Assembly: GCA_964573615.1 (NCBI GenBank)
Contig: CAZNKD010000052.1
Location: 6,220 to 70,219 of the forward strand
Origin: an uncultured Desulfobacterales bacterium
GTDB taxonomy: Bacteria > Desulfobacterota > Dissulfuribacteria > Dissulfuribacterales > QOAL01
Length of the DNA stretch: 64,000 nucleotides
Reading direction: 5' to 3'
The first letter of the stretch is position 1; each line of letters begins with the position of its first letter. Made by a program: the position numbers and the translations under genes. Shown here one piece after another: positions 26,632-35,196 of this stretch. Below the pieces are notes generated by a model. It was not told the DNA's origin and did not search any database. It saw nothing but the letters and a program-made list of their open reading frames with translations.

Positions 26632-27840
26632 CTACCTTCTGAGCCTCAGATAGATCAGGGCGGCTGCAAAGCACCAGGTCCCTATGGCCGAAGCCACAAG
26701 AAACCACTCCAGTTTTTCAAACCAGGCCAGTATCACCACCAAATAGATAAAGTCTCGCCTTGACAGATAGTCGGCAATGGCGGCGATACGCCTACGCCTC
26801 TGATCCATGGCCTCCTGCCCCTGTTCATCCACAACCGAGGTGTAGAGCGGGCCCTGACCATCCTTCTTCCTCATGGTGGAGAAAAAGACCAGGCCTGCAG
26901 AGACGAATGTGCCCGCAACCGCAGCCGTAGCCAGGAACATGGGCAGGGGGGAGCCGGTCCTCAGCCACCACTCGAGGCCTATGGCCATAAACACTGCGGA
27001 GTGGACCACATTGTCGCCCCAGAAGTCGAGTATGCCCCCCAGTCTGCTCTCCATGAACTTGACTCTGGCAATCTCGCCATCACAGCCATCCACGATGGAG
27101 TGGGCGAGAAAGAGCAGGGCTCCCAGAAACTGGGCCGTGCCCTTTGAAAGGGCCATGAGCCCTGCACCTGCAAGCCCTATCAGCAGACTGATCATGGTGA
27201 TCTGGTTGGGAGTGATCCCTGTATTTACGAGACGTCTTGAGATGGCGAGGGAGATGGGGCGCTCCACATAACGTGACATGAAGCCCTCACCCTCCTTGAT
27301 GAGGCTCTTGAACAGCCTGCGCTCGGCATCCGGCACGTCCTGGGCAGACCTGATGAAAAGTGGCTGACAGCCGGGGACTTCTAGCTCGGAAAGCGAGGCG
27401 AGCCTTGAGAGCCTGTCCTTCAAGGCGGCAAATCCATCTGGCTCAAAGAGCTCCTTTAGGTCAAAGCCTGCATCCCTCACCCTCAAAAAGAGCATTCCCG
27501 GCAGCTTGAGCACCCTCCTGTCCTCTGCAGAGATGCGGCAGAGGCCTTGCAGACATTCGATGTCCGGAAGGGTGCCTGCATCGAGGATCAGCACCGGAAG
27601 GCCCATGGACTCCCTGTCGAGCGAGGAGATAAATCCGCTGAGCTCCGAAGGATCCCTCACTACCCTGGCCCAAGAGGGCAGATCCGTGAGCCCTTCATGC
27701 GGGGCAATGAGGAAATACGGGCCGCTGAGCCCTGCCCTATTCACGATATAAGAGAGCCTCTGGGCCAGTGTGAGCCCTGCCACCTTCAGCTCCAGCAGCC
27801 CTGCTGAACCTACTGCTGCCACAAGCACTACCGGCTTCAA
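26632..27840 (-). CDS. fusion of a degenerate nucleotidyltransferase-like N-domain with a CDP-alcohol phosphatidyltransferase membrane domain
   Basis: Complete CDP-OH-P motif DGCDGEIARVKFMESRLGGILDFWGDNVVH (DxxDGxxARx8Gx3Dx3D) and about 6 TM segments. The N-terminal ~190 aa look like an NTP-transferase fold without a clear GxGxR. I placed the start at TTG 27840, which overlaps the upstream TGA; the track start at 27900 would overlap the upstream gene by 64 nt. Confidence 0.8.
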   Translation of the reverse strand: MKPVVLVAAVGSAGLLELKVAGLTLAQRLSYIVNRAGLSGPYFLIAPHEGLTDLPSWARVVRDPSELSGFISSLDRESMGLPVLILDAGTLPDIECLQGLCRISAEDRRVLKLPGMLFLRVRDAGFDLKELFEPDGFAALKDRLSRLASLSELEVPGCQPLFIRSAQDVPDAERRLFKSLIKEGEGFMSRYVERPISLAISRRLVNTGITPNQITMISLLIGLAGAGLMALSKGTAQFLGALLFLAHSIVDGCDGEIARVKFMESRLGGILDFWGDNVVHSAVFMAIGLEWWLRTGSPLPMFLATAAVAGTFVSAGLVFFSTMRKKDGQGPLYTSVVDEQGQEAMDQRRRRIAAIADYLSRRDFIYLVVILAWFEKLEWFLVASAIGTWCFAAALIYLRLRR

Positions 27841-28907
27841 AGCTCTATTCGCCTCCCGCTCTTTGCAGCCTCGGCTGCCCCAAGGAGCATCTTCAGGCAT
27901 GAAGATGCCTGGATGAGGTTTCTGCCAGGTCTGGTCCGCCCTTGCACTTCATCCAGGAACTCCTGGACAACCGCCCCGTACCAATCCGGATGGTGAGAGC
28001 CGTGGGAGAGCCCTTCGGAAAAACTCTTCAGGACCTTTCGGCCGCACCCTCCAGGCCCTGCCTCCTCACAGACGATGTGATCGTCCAGAACGAGCATCCT
28101 CCGGCCCCCATCGGCCTCTATGGCAATGGAATTTCTACGCTCATCGCCAGCCCAGGTGAAAAAGAGCTCGGCCACTGCACCATCCGGATACCCGAAGGTG
28201 ACCTCGGCCGTATCCTCAACAGCGATCTCCTTGAACTTCCGGTTCTCGAGCCGTCCCTCCACCCATCTGGGCTCCCCACCGAGCCAGCCATTTACTATGT
28301 AGAAGGCGTGCCATCCATGATCCACCAGGATTCCGCCTCCTGCCACGGCAGGGTCCAGCCGCCAGTTGTCCGGGCCGTCTGCCTGGCCTGAACCTTCACC
28401 CACGGCCACAGATGGACGCATCCTTATGACCTCATACCTGATACGCCTGATCCTGCCGAGCCCCTCTTCATCCTTGCCGGAAAGGAGTCTGCTCACCTCC
28501 TTGATCACCGGAGAGTGGCGCCAGTTGTGGACAGTGAACACCACTCTCCCCTTTGCCCTCGACAGCCCCCTTATGGCCTCGAGCTGGTCCAAGTCGAGCA
28601 CCAGGGGCTTTTCACAAAGGACGTGGAGGCCCCGCTCGAGCGCCTGGATTATGTATGGGGCGTGAAAGGCAGGCGGCGTTGCTATGTCCACGAAATCGAA
28701 GCTGTTTTTCTCAAAAAACTCATCTATGTCGGAAAAGAACCTGGCATCCGGAAGAGACCCCTCAAGGGCCTTGGCCCTGGACTCGTCGGGATCGAAGGCC
28801 GCCACTATCCTGGCCCCCCGGCAGTAGCGATAACCAGGCACATGCCCCTCGGCTGCGATGTTTCCAAAGCCTATTATGCCGCCTGTCAGCATATCTGCTC
28901 CACTCAA
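27837..28907 (-). CDS. Gfo/Idh/MocA family NAD(P)-dependent oxidoreductase
   Basis: N-terminal Rossmann GGIIGFGNIAAEGHVPGY and the EKP motif (LCEKPL). 28907 is a TTG overlapping the upstream stop; the ATG at 28892 is an alternative start. Confidence 0.85.
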   Translation of the reverse strand: MSGADMLTGGIIGFGNIAAEGHVPGYRYCRGARIVAAFDPDESRAKALEGSLPDARFFSDIDEFFEKNSFDFVDIATPPAFHAPYIIQALERGLHVLCEKPLVLDLDQLEAIRGLSRAKGRVVFTVHNWRHSPVIKEVSRLLSGKDEEGLGRIRRIRYEVIRMRPSVAVGEGSGQADGPDNWRLDPAVAGGGILVDHGWHAFYIVNGWLGGEPRWVEGRLENRKFKEIAVEDTAEVTFGYPDGAVAELFFTWAGDERRNSIAIEADGGRRMLVLDDHIVCEEAGPGGCGRKVLKSFSEGLSHGSHHPDWYGAVVQEFLDEVQGRTRPGRNLIQASSCLKMLLGAAEAAKSGRRIEL

Positions 28908-30244
28908 GAGGCCGCCGCCTGTTCGATCACCCTCAGGGCATCTGCCAGCCTGGCTGCCCCTTCAAGGGCCTCGTCTTCGGATATGACAAGGGGGGGATTT
29001 ATCCTGATGTTGTGGGAGTAGCACATGCTGATGAGGCCGCGATCCAGACATTCGTGAAAGAGCCTGCGCGTGAGCCTCTTGTCCAGGGGCTCCTTGCTCT
29101 TTCTGTCTGCCACGAGCTCGATGCCGATCATGAGGCCCTCTCCTCGCACGTCCCCGATGATCCTGAGCTCTTCCTTGAGCTCCAGCAGCCTGTCTTTGAG
29201 CACCCTTCCGACCCGTCTGGAGTTTTCCACGAGATTCTCGTCCCGTATGATCTCCATGACCGCCCGGCAGGCCGCCGAGGCCATGGGATTTCCCCCATAG
29301 CTCGACGAGCTGCCACTCGGGTTTCCAAAGGGCCTTGCAGAGGCATACTCCTTGGGCGCAGCCACTGCACTCACGGGAAATCCTCCACCAATACCCTTCC
29401 CCAGGGTCATTACGTCGGGGATGACCCCGTCCCGGTCTACACCCCACATCCTGCCTGTCCTGCCAAAACCGGTGATCATCTCATCGGCCACCAGGAGGGC
29501 GCCGAACTCCTCGGCCACCTCCTTTACCGCCTTTATATAGCCCTTGGGAGGGACCACGTTTCCGGCAGTGCCCTGGATGGTCTCTACCAGGATGGCTGCA
29601 AGATTCTGGGTGGACTGGACCTTGAGCCCCTTTCTGAAGAGATCGAGACAGGCAAGGCCGCAACCAGGGTGTTCGAGGCCGAGCTCACACCGGTAACAGT
29701 AGGCATAGGGCCCTGCAATATACACCCCGGGCATCAGGGGGCCGAGATCCTTCTTGAAGCTCGTGTCCCCAAGGAGACCGAGCACACCGCCTGTCTTTCC
29801 ATGGAACCCGCCCCAAAAGCCTGCAAACTCAAACCGCCTGGTAACGGACTTGGCAAGGCGCATGGCCGCCTCTACGGCCTCGGCTCCGCCGGAATACATC
29901 TGGATGGCATCTATACCCTCAGGAAGCATTCCGGCCAGCATGGAGAGGAACTCCTTGCGATTCTCCGAGCAGAAGCTGCCATAGTTGGCCCTCGCTATCT
30001 GCTCGCCAAGGACCTTGACATAGTGGGGGTGGGCATGGCCTACGCTCCCCACCCCGATTCCTGCCGTGAAATCCAGATACCTGTTTCCATCCACATCAGT
30101 GATCCAGACCCCTTGGGCCTCCTTGACCACTATCTTCGAAAACAGGGCGATGGACTGAAGGCCAGGCGCCATGTGTCTGGCCTCCTCCTCGAATATCCGC
30201 CGGGAAAGGGGCCCCGGCACCCTGTAGCCCTTTTCATCAGCCAT
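28904..30244 (-). CDS. class-III (acetylornithine/GABA-type) PLP-dependent aminotransferase
   Basis: 446 aa. GHAHP, ADEMITGFGRTG and the PLP-lysine context DVMTLGKGIGGGFP. Confidence 0.9.
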   Translation of the reverse strand: MADEKGYRVPGPLSRRIFEEEARHMAPGLQSIALFSKIVVKEAQGVWITDVDGNRYLDFTAGIGVGSVGHAHPHYVKVLGEQIARANYGSFCSENRKEFLSMLAGMLPEGIDAIQMYSGGAEAVEAAMRLAKSVTRRFEFAGFWGGFHGKTGGVLGLLGDTSFKKDLGPLMPGVYIAGPYAYCYRCELGLEHPGCGLACLDLFRKGLKVQSTQNLAAILVETIQGTAGNVVPPKGYIKAVKEVAEEFGALLVADEMITGFGRTGRMWGVDRDGVIPDVMTLGKGIGGGFPVSAVAAPKEYASARPFGNPSGSSSSYGGNPMASAACRAVMEIIRDENLVENSRRVGRVLKDRLLELKEELRIIGDVRGEGLMIGIELVADRKSKEPLDKRLTRRLFHECLDRGLISMCYSHNIRINPPLVISEDEALEGAARLADALRVIEQAAAS

Positions 30245-30297
30245 TTTGCATTCCTGCCTGTCCGTCTCTACTCCAAAGCTTTAACCCAAAGACTCCC

Positions 30298-31128
30298 TCA
30301 GGTGAGCCTGGATGCCATGAGTGAAGCGATGTGGCCAGCTGCCTCCTGCCTGAACAGGGCAAAGCTTGGCCAGGCATTCACATCGATCACGAAGATCCTG
30401 CCCTGGCCATCCACAATGGCATCGCCTCCGAAGATCTCCAGTTCCATGGTCCTTCCTGCCTCGATACAGTACCCCTCGAGCTCCTTCCGGGAGAAGGGAT
30501 AGCCCCTCAAGTCCTGGTCCTTGTGATAGAACCAGTGGAACCACAGCACCTGGTCCGAAAGGTGATCCCTGATGCAGTAGAACTTTACTATATCTCCCGG
30601 GATGTGCTCCTGGGCCAAGACCCTTGTGATGCCCCGTTTCAGAAAGAGGGCCATCGCCTGCTGCAAGCCCTTTTCATCCTTGACCAGCACCACGTCGCGC
30701 TCGGCATCCAGGGCATGATAATCTCCCCTTTTGAGCCAGATCCCGCTGTTCCAGGATGGAGGCGAGGCCCCATTGCCTGTACTCAGCATGACACTCCTTG
30801 GAAAGAAGGGAAGCCCTGCAAGTATCTGCACCATGGCCTGGCGGAAGGTGTTCTCCACCCCCTCGATCCTGTTGATAAGCATGGTGCCCTGTCTGGAGAG
30901 GGCCCTCAGACGCTCAAGGCACGGGCCCTCTTCACACATGTAGAAGACGAGCCTTGCCGCCTTTAGATGCTCATCGGACGTGGCCAGAAACTCCTCAGGT
31001 GTGAGCAGTGGAACAGGGACCCCAAGCCGCCTTTCCATTAGGGTTGCAACCGACTCCAAGATGGCCGAGTCATCCAGCTCTCTCCTGGGAGAGTGTGATG
31101 GCTCCCTGTAGATTCCAAAGAGTTCCAT
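30298..31128 (-). CDS. ATP-grasp fold protein (resembles the inositol-phosphate-kinase/RimK-like small ATP-grasp group)
   Basis: 276 aa. C-terminal FGGDAIVDGQGRIFVIDVNAWPSF resembles the ATP-grasp Mg/ATP-binding strand (xIDxNxFPg). First gene of the 4-gene minus-strand operon. Confidence 0.6.
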   Translation of the reverse strand: MELFGIYREPSHSPRRELDDSAILESVATLMERRLGVPVPLLTPEEFLATSDEHLKAARLVFYMCEEGPCLERLRALSRQGTMLINRIEGVENTFRQAMVQILAGLPFFPRSVMLSTGNGASPPSWNSGIWLKRGDYHALDAERDVVLVKDEKGLQQAMALFLKRGITRVLAQEHIPGDIVKFYCIRDHLSDQVLWFHWFYHKDQDLRGYPFSRKELEGYCIEAGRTMELEIFGGDAIVDGQGRIFVIDVNAWPSFALFRQEAAGHIASLMASRLT

Positions 31129-31298
31129 AAAAAAGTATGTGCCGTTTTCTACTCGCCTGTCATCTCATAGGGCCTTAAGGCCGGAAACGCCCATTGCCAT
31201 GCCCTGTGGCCGGAAGAAAAAATCCTTGCCAAAAGGGATCTTCTCTTATACTACGCAATACCCATGACGAAAAGACAAGTTTTGAGCATTTCTACACT

Positions 31299-32861
31299 AT
31301 GAACGGCCATGAAAAGGGGAACAGAAGGGGCTGCGGCATCCTTCTCCATGTCACGTCTCTTCCATGCAGGTATGGAATCGGTCAGCTAGGGCCAGAGGCT
31401 TTCGATTTTCTGGAGTTTCTGGACAGGGCCGGCCAGTGCTGCTGGCAGTTTCTGCCTCTTGGCCCGACCACCACGGCCTACGGCAACTCCCCCTACATGA
31501 GTCCATCCGCCTTTGCGGGAAACCCGCTCATGATCTCCATAGAGCTCCTGAAGGAACAGGGGCTCCTTGAAGAGGAGGATCTGGAGGGGGCAGACGGATT
31601 CTCGGAATACTATGTCGAGTTCGAAGGGGTGATCCGGCAGCAGAACCTCCTCCTTGAAAGGGCCTGGATGCGTGCCAAGGGCTCAAGGGGGCTCACCGAG
31701 AGGATCGAGGCCTTTGTCCAGCAGGAGAGCTGGGCCAGTGACTACTGCCTGTTCATGGCCCTCAAGGAGAGATTCGACGAAAGGGCGTGGTACAGATGGC
31801 CGCGGGACCTGGCCACGAGACAGCCCTCATCCCTTGAGGCAGCAAGGGCGGAGCTGAAGGATCGGATCATGTTCCACGCCTTTTGCCAGCTCCTTTTTCA
31901 TGAACAGTGGCAGAGGCTCAGGCAGAGGGCGAACCGGCTCGGCATAAGGCTGTTTGGGGACCTTCCCATCTATGTCTCGCCAGACAGCGTGGATGTCTGG
32001 GCCAACCAGGAGGCCTTCGACCTCGACCCCAGAAGCCTCAGGCCCAGGTTCATAGCCGGGGTGCCCCCTGACTACTTCAGCAAGACCGGGCAGAGATGGG
32101 GCAATCCCCTCTATCGCTGGCGGATAAAGGGCAGGCCCAACGAGGCCGTTTACCGCTGGTGGCGCCAGAGGTTCCGGCGGCTCAGACAACTGGTGGACAT
32201 CATCAGGATAGATCACTTCCGGGCCTTTGAGGCATACTGGAAGATCCCTGCCAGGGAGAAGACCGCAATAAACGGCAGGTGGGTCAAGGGGCCCGGGGCC
32301 GCCTTCTTCAGGCGCATGGGCGAGGCCGTCAGGGGGCTCCAGATAGTGGCAGAGGATCTCGGCACCATAACGCCTGCGGTGGAAAGGCTCAGAAAATCAC
32401 TGGGTTTTCCTGGCATGAAGGTCCTCCAGTTCGCCTTTGACTCGGACGAGACCAATCCCTATCTTCCCCACAATTTCGAAGGGCCGGATTTCGTGGTCTA
32501 TACCGGCACCCACGACAACTCGACCACGGTGGGCTGGTACCTGGACCCGGAGGTGAGCGACAGGGCAAAGGCCAGGGCCAGGAGATACGCGAACAGTGAC
32601 GGCAGCCGGATACATTGGGACTTCATAAGGATGGCCTATGCCTCGGTGGCATCCCTGGCCGTTGTCCCCATGCAGGATGCCCTTGGATTCGGGGACGACT
32701 GCCGGATGAACCGCCCATCTTCCAGCAAGGGCAACTGGGTCTGGCGAGTGGCAGCCAGGTTCCTCACACAAGAGATCGAACAGGCCCTGTCCGACGAGGC
32801 CCGGTTCTACAACAGGATCTGCAGCAAAAGTTTCCTTGACAAACCTTCGGCTTCCCAATAA
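31299..32861 (+). CDS. malQ: 4-alpha-glucanotransferase (amylomaltase, GH77)
   Basis: Start moved to the ATG at 31299 (MNGHEKGNRRGCGILLHVTSLP...). Also GDLPIYV, IDHFRAF and TGTHDN motifs. Confidence 0.9.
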   Translation: MNGHEKGNRRGCGILLHVTSLPCRYGIGQLGPEAFDFLEFLDRAGQCCWQFLPLGPTTTAYGNSPYMSPSAFAGNPLMISIELLKEQGLLEEEDLEGADGFSEYYVEFEGVIRQQNLLLERAWMRAKGSRGLTERIEAFVQQESWASDYCLFMALKERFDERAWYRWPRDLATRQPSSLEAARAELKDRIMFHAFCQLLFHEQWQRLRQRANRLGIRLFGDLPIYVSPDSVDVWANQEAFDLDPRSLRPRFIAGVPPDYFSKTGQRWGNPLYRWRIKGRPNEAVYRWWRQRFRRLRQLVDIIRIDHFRAFEAYWKIPAREKTAINGRWVKGPGAAFFRRMGEAVRGLQIVAEDLGTITPAVERLRKSLGFPGMKVLQFAFDSDETNPYLPHNFEGPDFVVYTGTHDNSTTVGWYLDPEVSDRAKARARRYANSDGSRIHWDFIRMAYASVASLAVVPMQDALGFGDDCRMNRPSSSKGNWVWRVAARFLTQEIEQALSDEARFYNRICSKSFLDKPSASQ

Positions 32862-32890
32862 TAATTGGGCTCGCTGAAACGGACTGAAGC

Positions 32891-32966
32891 GCCGAGGTAG
32901 CTCAGTCGGTAGAGCAGGGGACTGAAAATCCCCGTGTCGGTGGTTCGATTCCGCCCCTCGGCACCA
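32891..32966 (+). tRNA. tRNA-Phe (anticodon GAA at 32924-32926)
   Basis: Hand-folded cloverleaf. Acceptor GCCGAGG/CCTCGGC, D-arm GCTCAGTCGGTAGAGC, anticodon loop CTGAAAA, T-arm GGTGGTTCGATTCCGCC, 3' ACCA encoded. Confidence 0.95.
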
Positions 32967-32978
32967 GCAAGCCTCAAA

Positions 32979-33010
32979 GGGCCGGATGGCTTAAGCATCC
33001 GGCCCTTTTA
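32979..33010 (+). terminator. Rho-independent terminator after tRNA-Phe
   Basis: GGGCCGGATGC, TTAA, GCATCCGGCCC, followed by TTTT. Confidence 0.7.
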
Positions 33011-33040
33011 TATTTCCTTACTATCCTGTGCCCCCATCGA

Positions 33041-33802
33041 TCACTTGAACTTGATCAAGGGGCAGTTCCTGCACACATCGTTCCCCACGAGCTCGGGGCC
33101 TCCAAGGAGGGAGACCCGGCCCCTTTCCGCCCTCTCGGCCACCACCTCTGCCACGCAGGAAAGGTCCGGCCAGGAAAAGGCGAGCACCACCTCTCCGCGC
33201 TCCATCTTGCCAGATGTGAAGGCCCCCGGGCACGGAAGCGCAAGCTGCGGCCCTCCTCTCTCCATCGCCTTGACGGTATTGGCACAGGCGGCACCGTTTA
33301 CATTGTGGCTAAGTGGGATCTCCGGCAGGTCCTTGGCCATTGCATAGAAATCGAGCAGGTGCATGGCCTGAAGCGCATCCACCACCAATACAACGGCATC
33401 CGGTTCCGCCGGGGATTTCTCCAGGGGAAACAGGGCCACAGACTCCCTGCTGCCCGGCGAAAGGCGCTCTCTCACCCGATAGAACCCCTCAGCAGCCTCA
33501 AGGCTTACGTACTTGTTGAGGGTCTTGACGGCCCTCTCCTCCTGCCTGTCGAGGCCGAATACATCTGCCGCCGTTGGGCACGACAGCCTGTTTCGACGAA
33601 ACCTTATGCTCTGTCCTGTCTGACGTACATGTGCAAGGATCTGGCAGAAACTGAGCCTGTTGCCAGGCTCTGCCTCGACCGGAGGAAGCCCTGTCCGGGG
33701 AGGCTCGAAAAATATGGCTACCGGATGGTGATAGAGCTTCATGTGCCTTGCAAGAAGCGCTTCCATCTCTCTGAAGGATCTGGCCGTGTCCATCGGATGC
33801 AT
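33041..33802 (-). CDS. DUF169 family protein
   Basis: 253 aa. Overall pattern (HPVAIFF..., FCQIL..., CPTAADVFG, GAACANT...PCPGAFTSG) matches my recollection of DUF169/COG2043. Confidence 0.65.
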   Translation of the reverse strand: MHPMDTARSFREMEALLARHMKLYHHPVAIFFEPPRTGLPPVEAEPGNRLSFCQILAHVRQTGQSIRFRRNRLSCPTAADVFGLDRQEERAVKTLNKYVSLEAAEGFYRVRERLSPGSRESVALFPLEKSPAEPDAVVLVVDALQAMHLLDFYAMAKDLPEIPLSHNVNGAACANTVKAMERGGPQLALPCPGAFTSGKMERGEVVLAFSWPDLSCVAEVVAERAERGRVSLLGGPELVGNDVCRNCPLIKFK

Positions 33803-33950
33803 CTCTCCTTTCCAGCTTTATTATTGCTTTTTTCTATTCAATTGATAGACAAAGCAAGAAAAATCGGGGAAGGATAATCTGCCGTCCGGAAAGAATCAAG
33901 CAGGCCAGGAGATGGGTTTGCACTCATCGGGCCGTTAAGGGCAGGGCCGA

Positions 33951-35150
33951 CTAAGGGGTCGGCTGTTGACGGGATCGCTCTATGAGGCCCTTGAGCAAAA
34001 GGGCCGCCTTCTTTGCAGCCCCCTTCTGGCCCAATCTTGCCGTCACCTCCTGCAACGAGGCCTTCATGGCCTCCTGGCGCTTCCTGGATCCGAGGATGGC
34101 CAGTGCCTCCTCTGCGATCCTGTCCGGCCTGGCATCGTCCTGGAGCAGTTCCGGCACGACCTGCCTGTCTGCAATGAGATTTACCAGGCTGGCCCATCTC
34201 ACCTTTATGAGCCTTCTGCCCAGGTGATATGTGATGGGAGAGAGCCTGTATGTCACGATCATGGGCCTGTTCAGGATGCAGGCCTCAAGGGCCACAGTGC
34301 CAGATGCCAGAATGACGAGACGGCTTGCATGGATCGCATCGTAGGTGGCCTTTCTGCAGATGGCCGCCTTCAGGCCGGATCCTGCCGAGGCCCTTTCCAC
34401 CTCCTGCGATATGAATCCCTTGATCTCACCTGAAAGGCCGGGGGCCTCGGGGATCACGAACTGACAGGCGCCACCGAGGCCTCTTTGGATGGACAGGGCT
34501 GCATCCAGCATCATCCCAAGATGCCTCCTGACCTCGCCCCGCCTGCTTCCAGGCAACAGGGCAACGGTATCCATCCCTGGGTCGAGCCCAAGGCCCTGCA
34601 GGAACTCCTCCCGTCCCTGGCTGGGCCTCACCACATCGAGCAATGGGTGGCCAACGAACTCCACATCCATGCCGAATCGGGCATAGAACTCCTTTTCAAA
34701 GGGCAGTATCACTGCCATCTTGTCCACCAAGGCCTTGATCTTCCTCACCCTGCCCTGGCGCCAGGCCCATATCTGTGGACTTATGTAGTAGAAGACCGGG
34801 ATGCCCAGCTTCTTGGCCCTGCTGGCAACGAGGAGATTGAACTCTGGGTAATCGATGAGCACCAGTGCCCTGGGCCTGTTCTCTGCCAGCCAGCCGATCA
34901 CCTGCCGGTAGGCCTTGATGATATCCGCTGCATGGGCCAGGATCTCGAAAAGGCCCACTACAGCCAGTCTGGTGTTTGAAAACAGCAGATCTGCCCCTGC
35001 CTCCTCAAGCCCCTTGCCCCCGATTCCGCAGAAGCGCACCCTGGGGTCCAGCTCCCTGTACGCCTTGACCAGCATGGAGCCGTGGAGGTCGCCGGAGGCC
35101 TCTCCTGCGATGATGAAGATGGAATCGGATTTCTGCTCTTCAGGACTCAA
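33951..35150 (-). CDS. lpxB: lipid-A-disaccharide synthase
   Basis: IFIIAGEASGDLHGSMLVKA N-terminus and GT19 layout. Last gene of the lpx cluster. Confidence 0.9.
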   Translation of the reverse strand: MSPEEQKSDSIFIIAGEASGDLHGSMLVKAYRELDPRVRFCGIGGKGLEEAGADLLFSNTRLAVVGLFEILAHAADIIKAYRQVIGWLAENRPRALVLIDYPEFNLLVASRAKKLGIPVFYYISPQIWAWRQGRVRKIKALVDKMAVILPFEKEFYARFGMDVEFVGHPLLDVVRPSQGREEFLQGLGLDPGMDTVALLPGSRRGEVRRHLGMMLDAALSIQRGLGGACQFVIPEAPGLSGEIKGFISQEVERASAGSGLKAAICRKATYDAIHASRLVILASGTVALEACILNRPMIVTYRLSPITYHLGRRLIKVRWASLVNLIADRQVVPELLQDDARPDRIAEEALAILGSRKRQEAMKASLQEVTARLGQKGAAKKAALLLKGLIERSRQQPTP

Positions 35151-35196
35151 TTTTTTGTCTTTGCAAGGTGTTGGATGGACAGGCTATCAGAGTATG

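Noticed and set aside
28553-30502. 649-aa plus-strand ORF. Similar long ORFs occur at 39688-41586 (+), 16038-17195 (-), 35665-37041 (+), 61241-62308 (-), 426-1337 (+), 1350-2186 (+), 43677-44720 (+), 18850-19890 (+) and 11905-12924 (+).
   Set aside because: Each lies antisense to, or out of frame with, a gene that has clear family motifs (aminotransferase, bamA, ClC, lpxI, glsA, miaB, TPR protein, EBP, M42 peptidase). Their translations are Arg/Pro/Gly/His-rich with no recognisable domains. These are typical shadow ORFs of GC-rich DNA.
30298-31128. Whether this ATP-grasp gene is the missing ATP-grasp component of a GAK system linked to the XXXCH-type protein at 52683-53384.
   Set aside because: It is 21 kb away, sits in a tight operon with unrelated enzymes, and no CofD-like protein or HprK-related kinase is present. 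The link cannot be supported from sequence alone and is mentioned only as something an HMM search (TIGR04356) could settle.
32807-32998. ORFs overlapping the tRNA genes: 32807-32998 (-), and 48724-49008 (+).
   Set aside because: They are fully explained by tRNA-Phe and tRNA-His and their flanks.
32862-33040. tRNA-Phe and tRNA-His (48848-49318) flanks inspected as possible integration sites for genomic islands.
   Set aside because: There is no integrase and no direct repeat of the tRNA 3' end. The adjacent genes are ordinary (malQ, DUF169, dtd).
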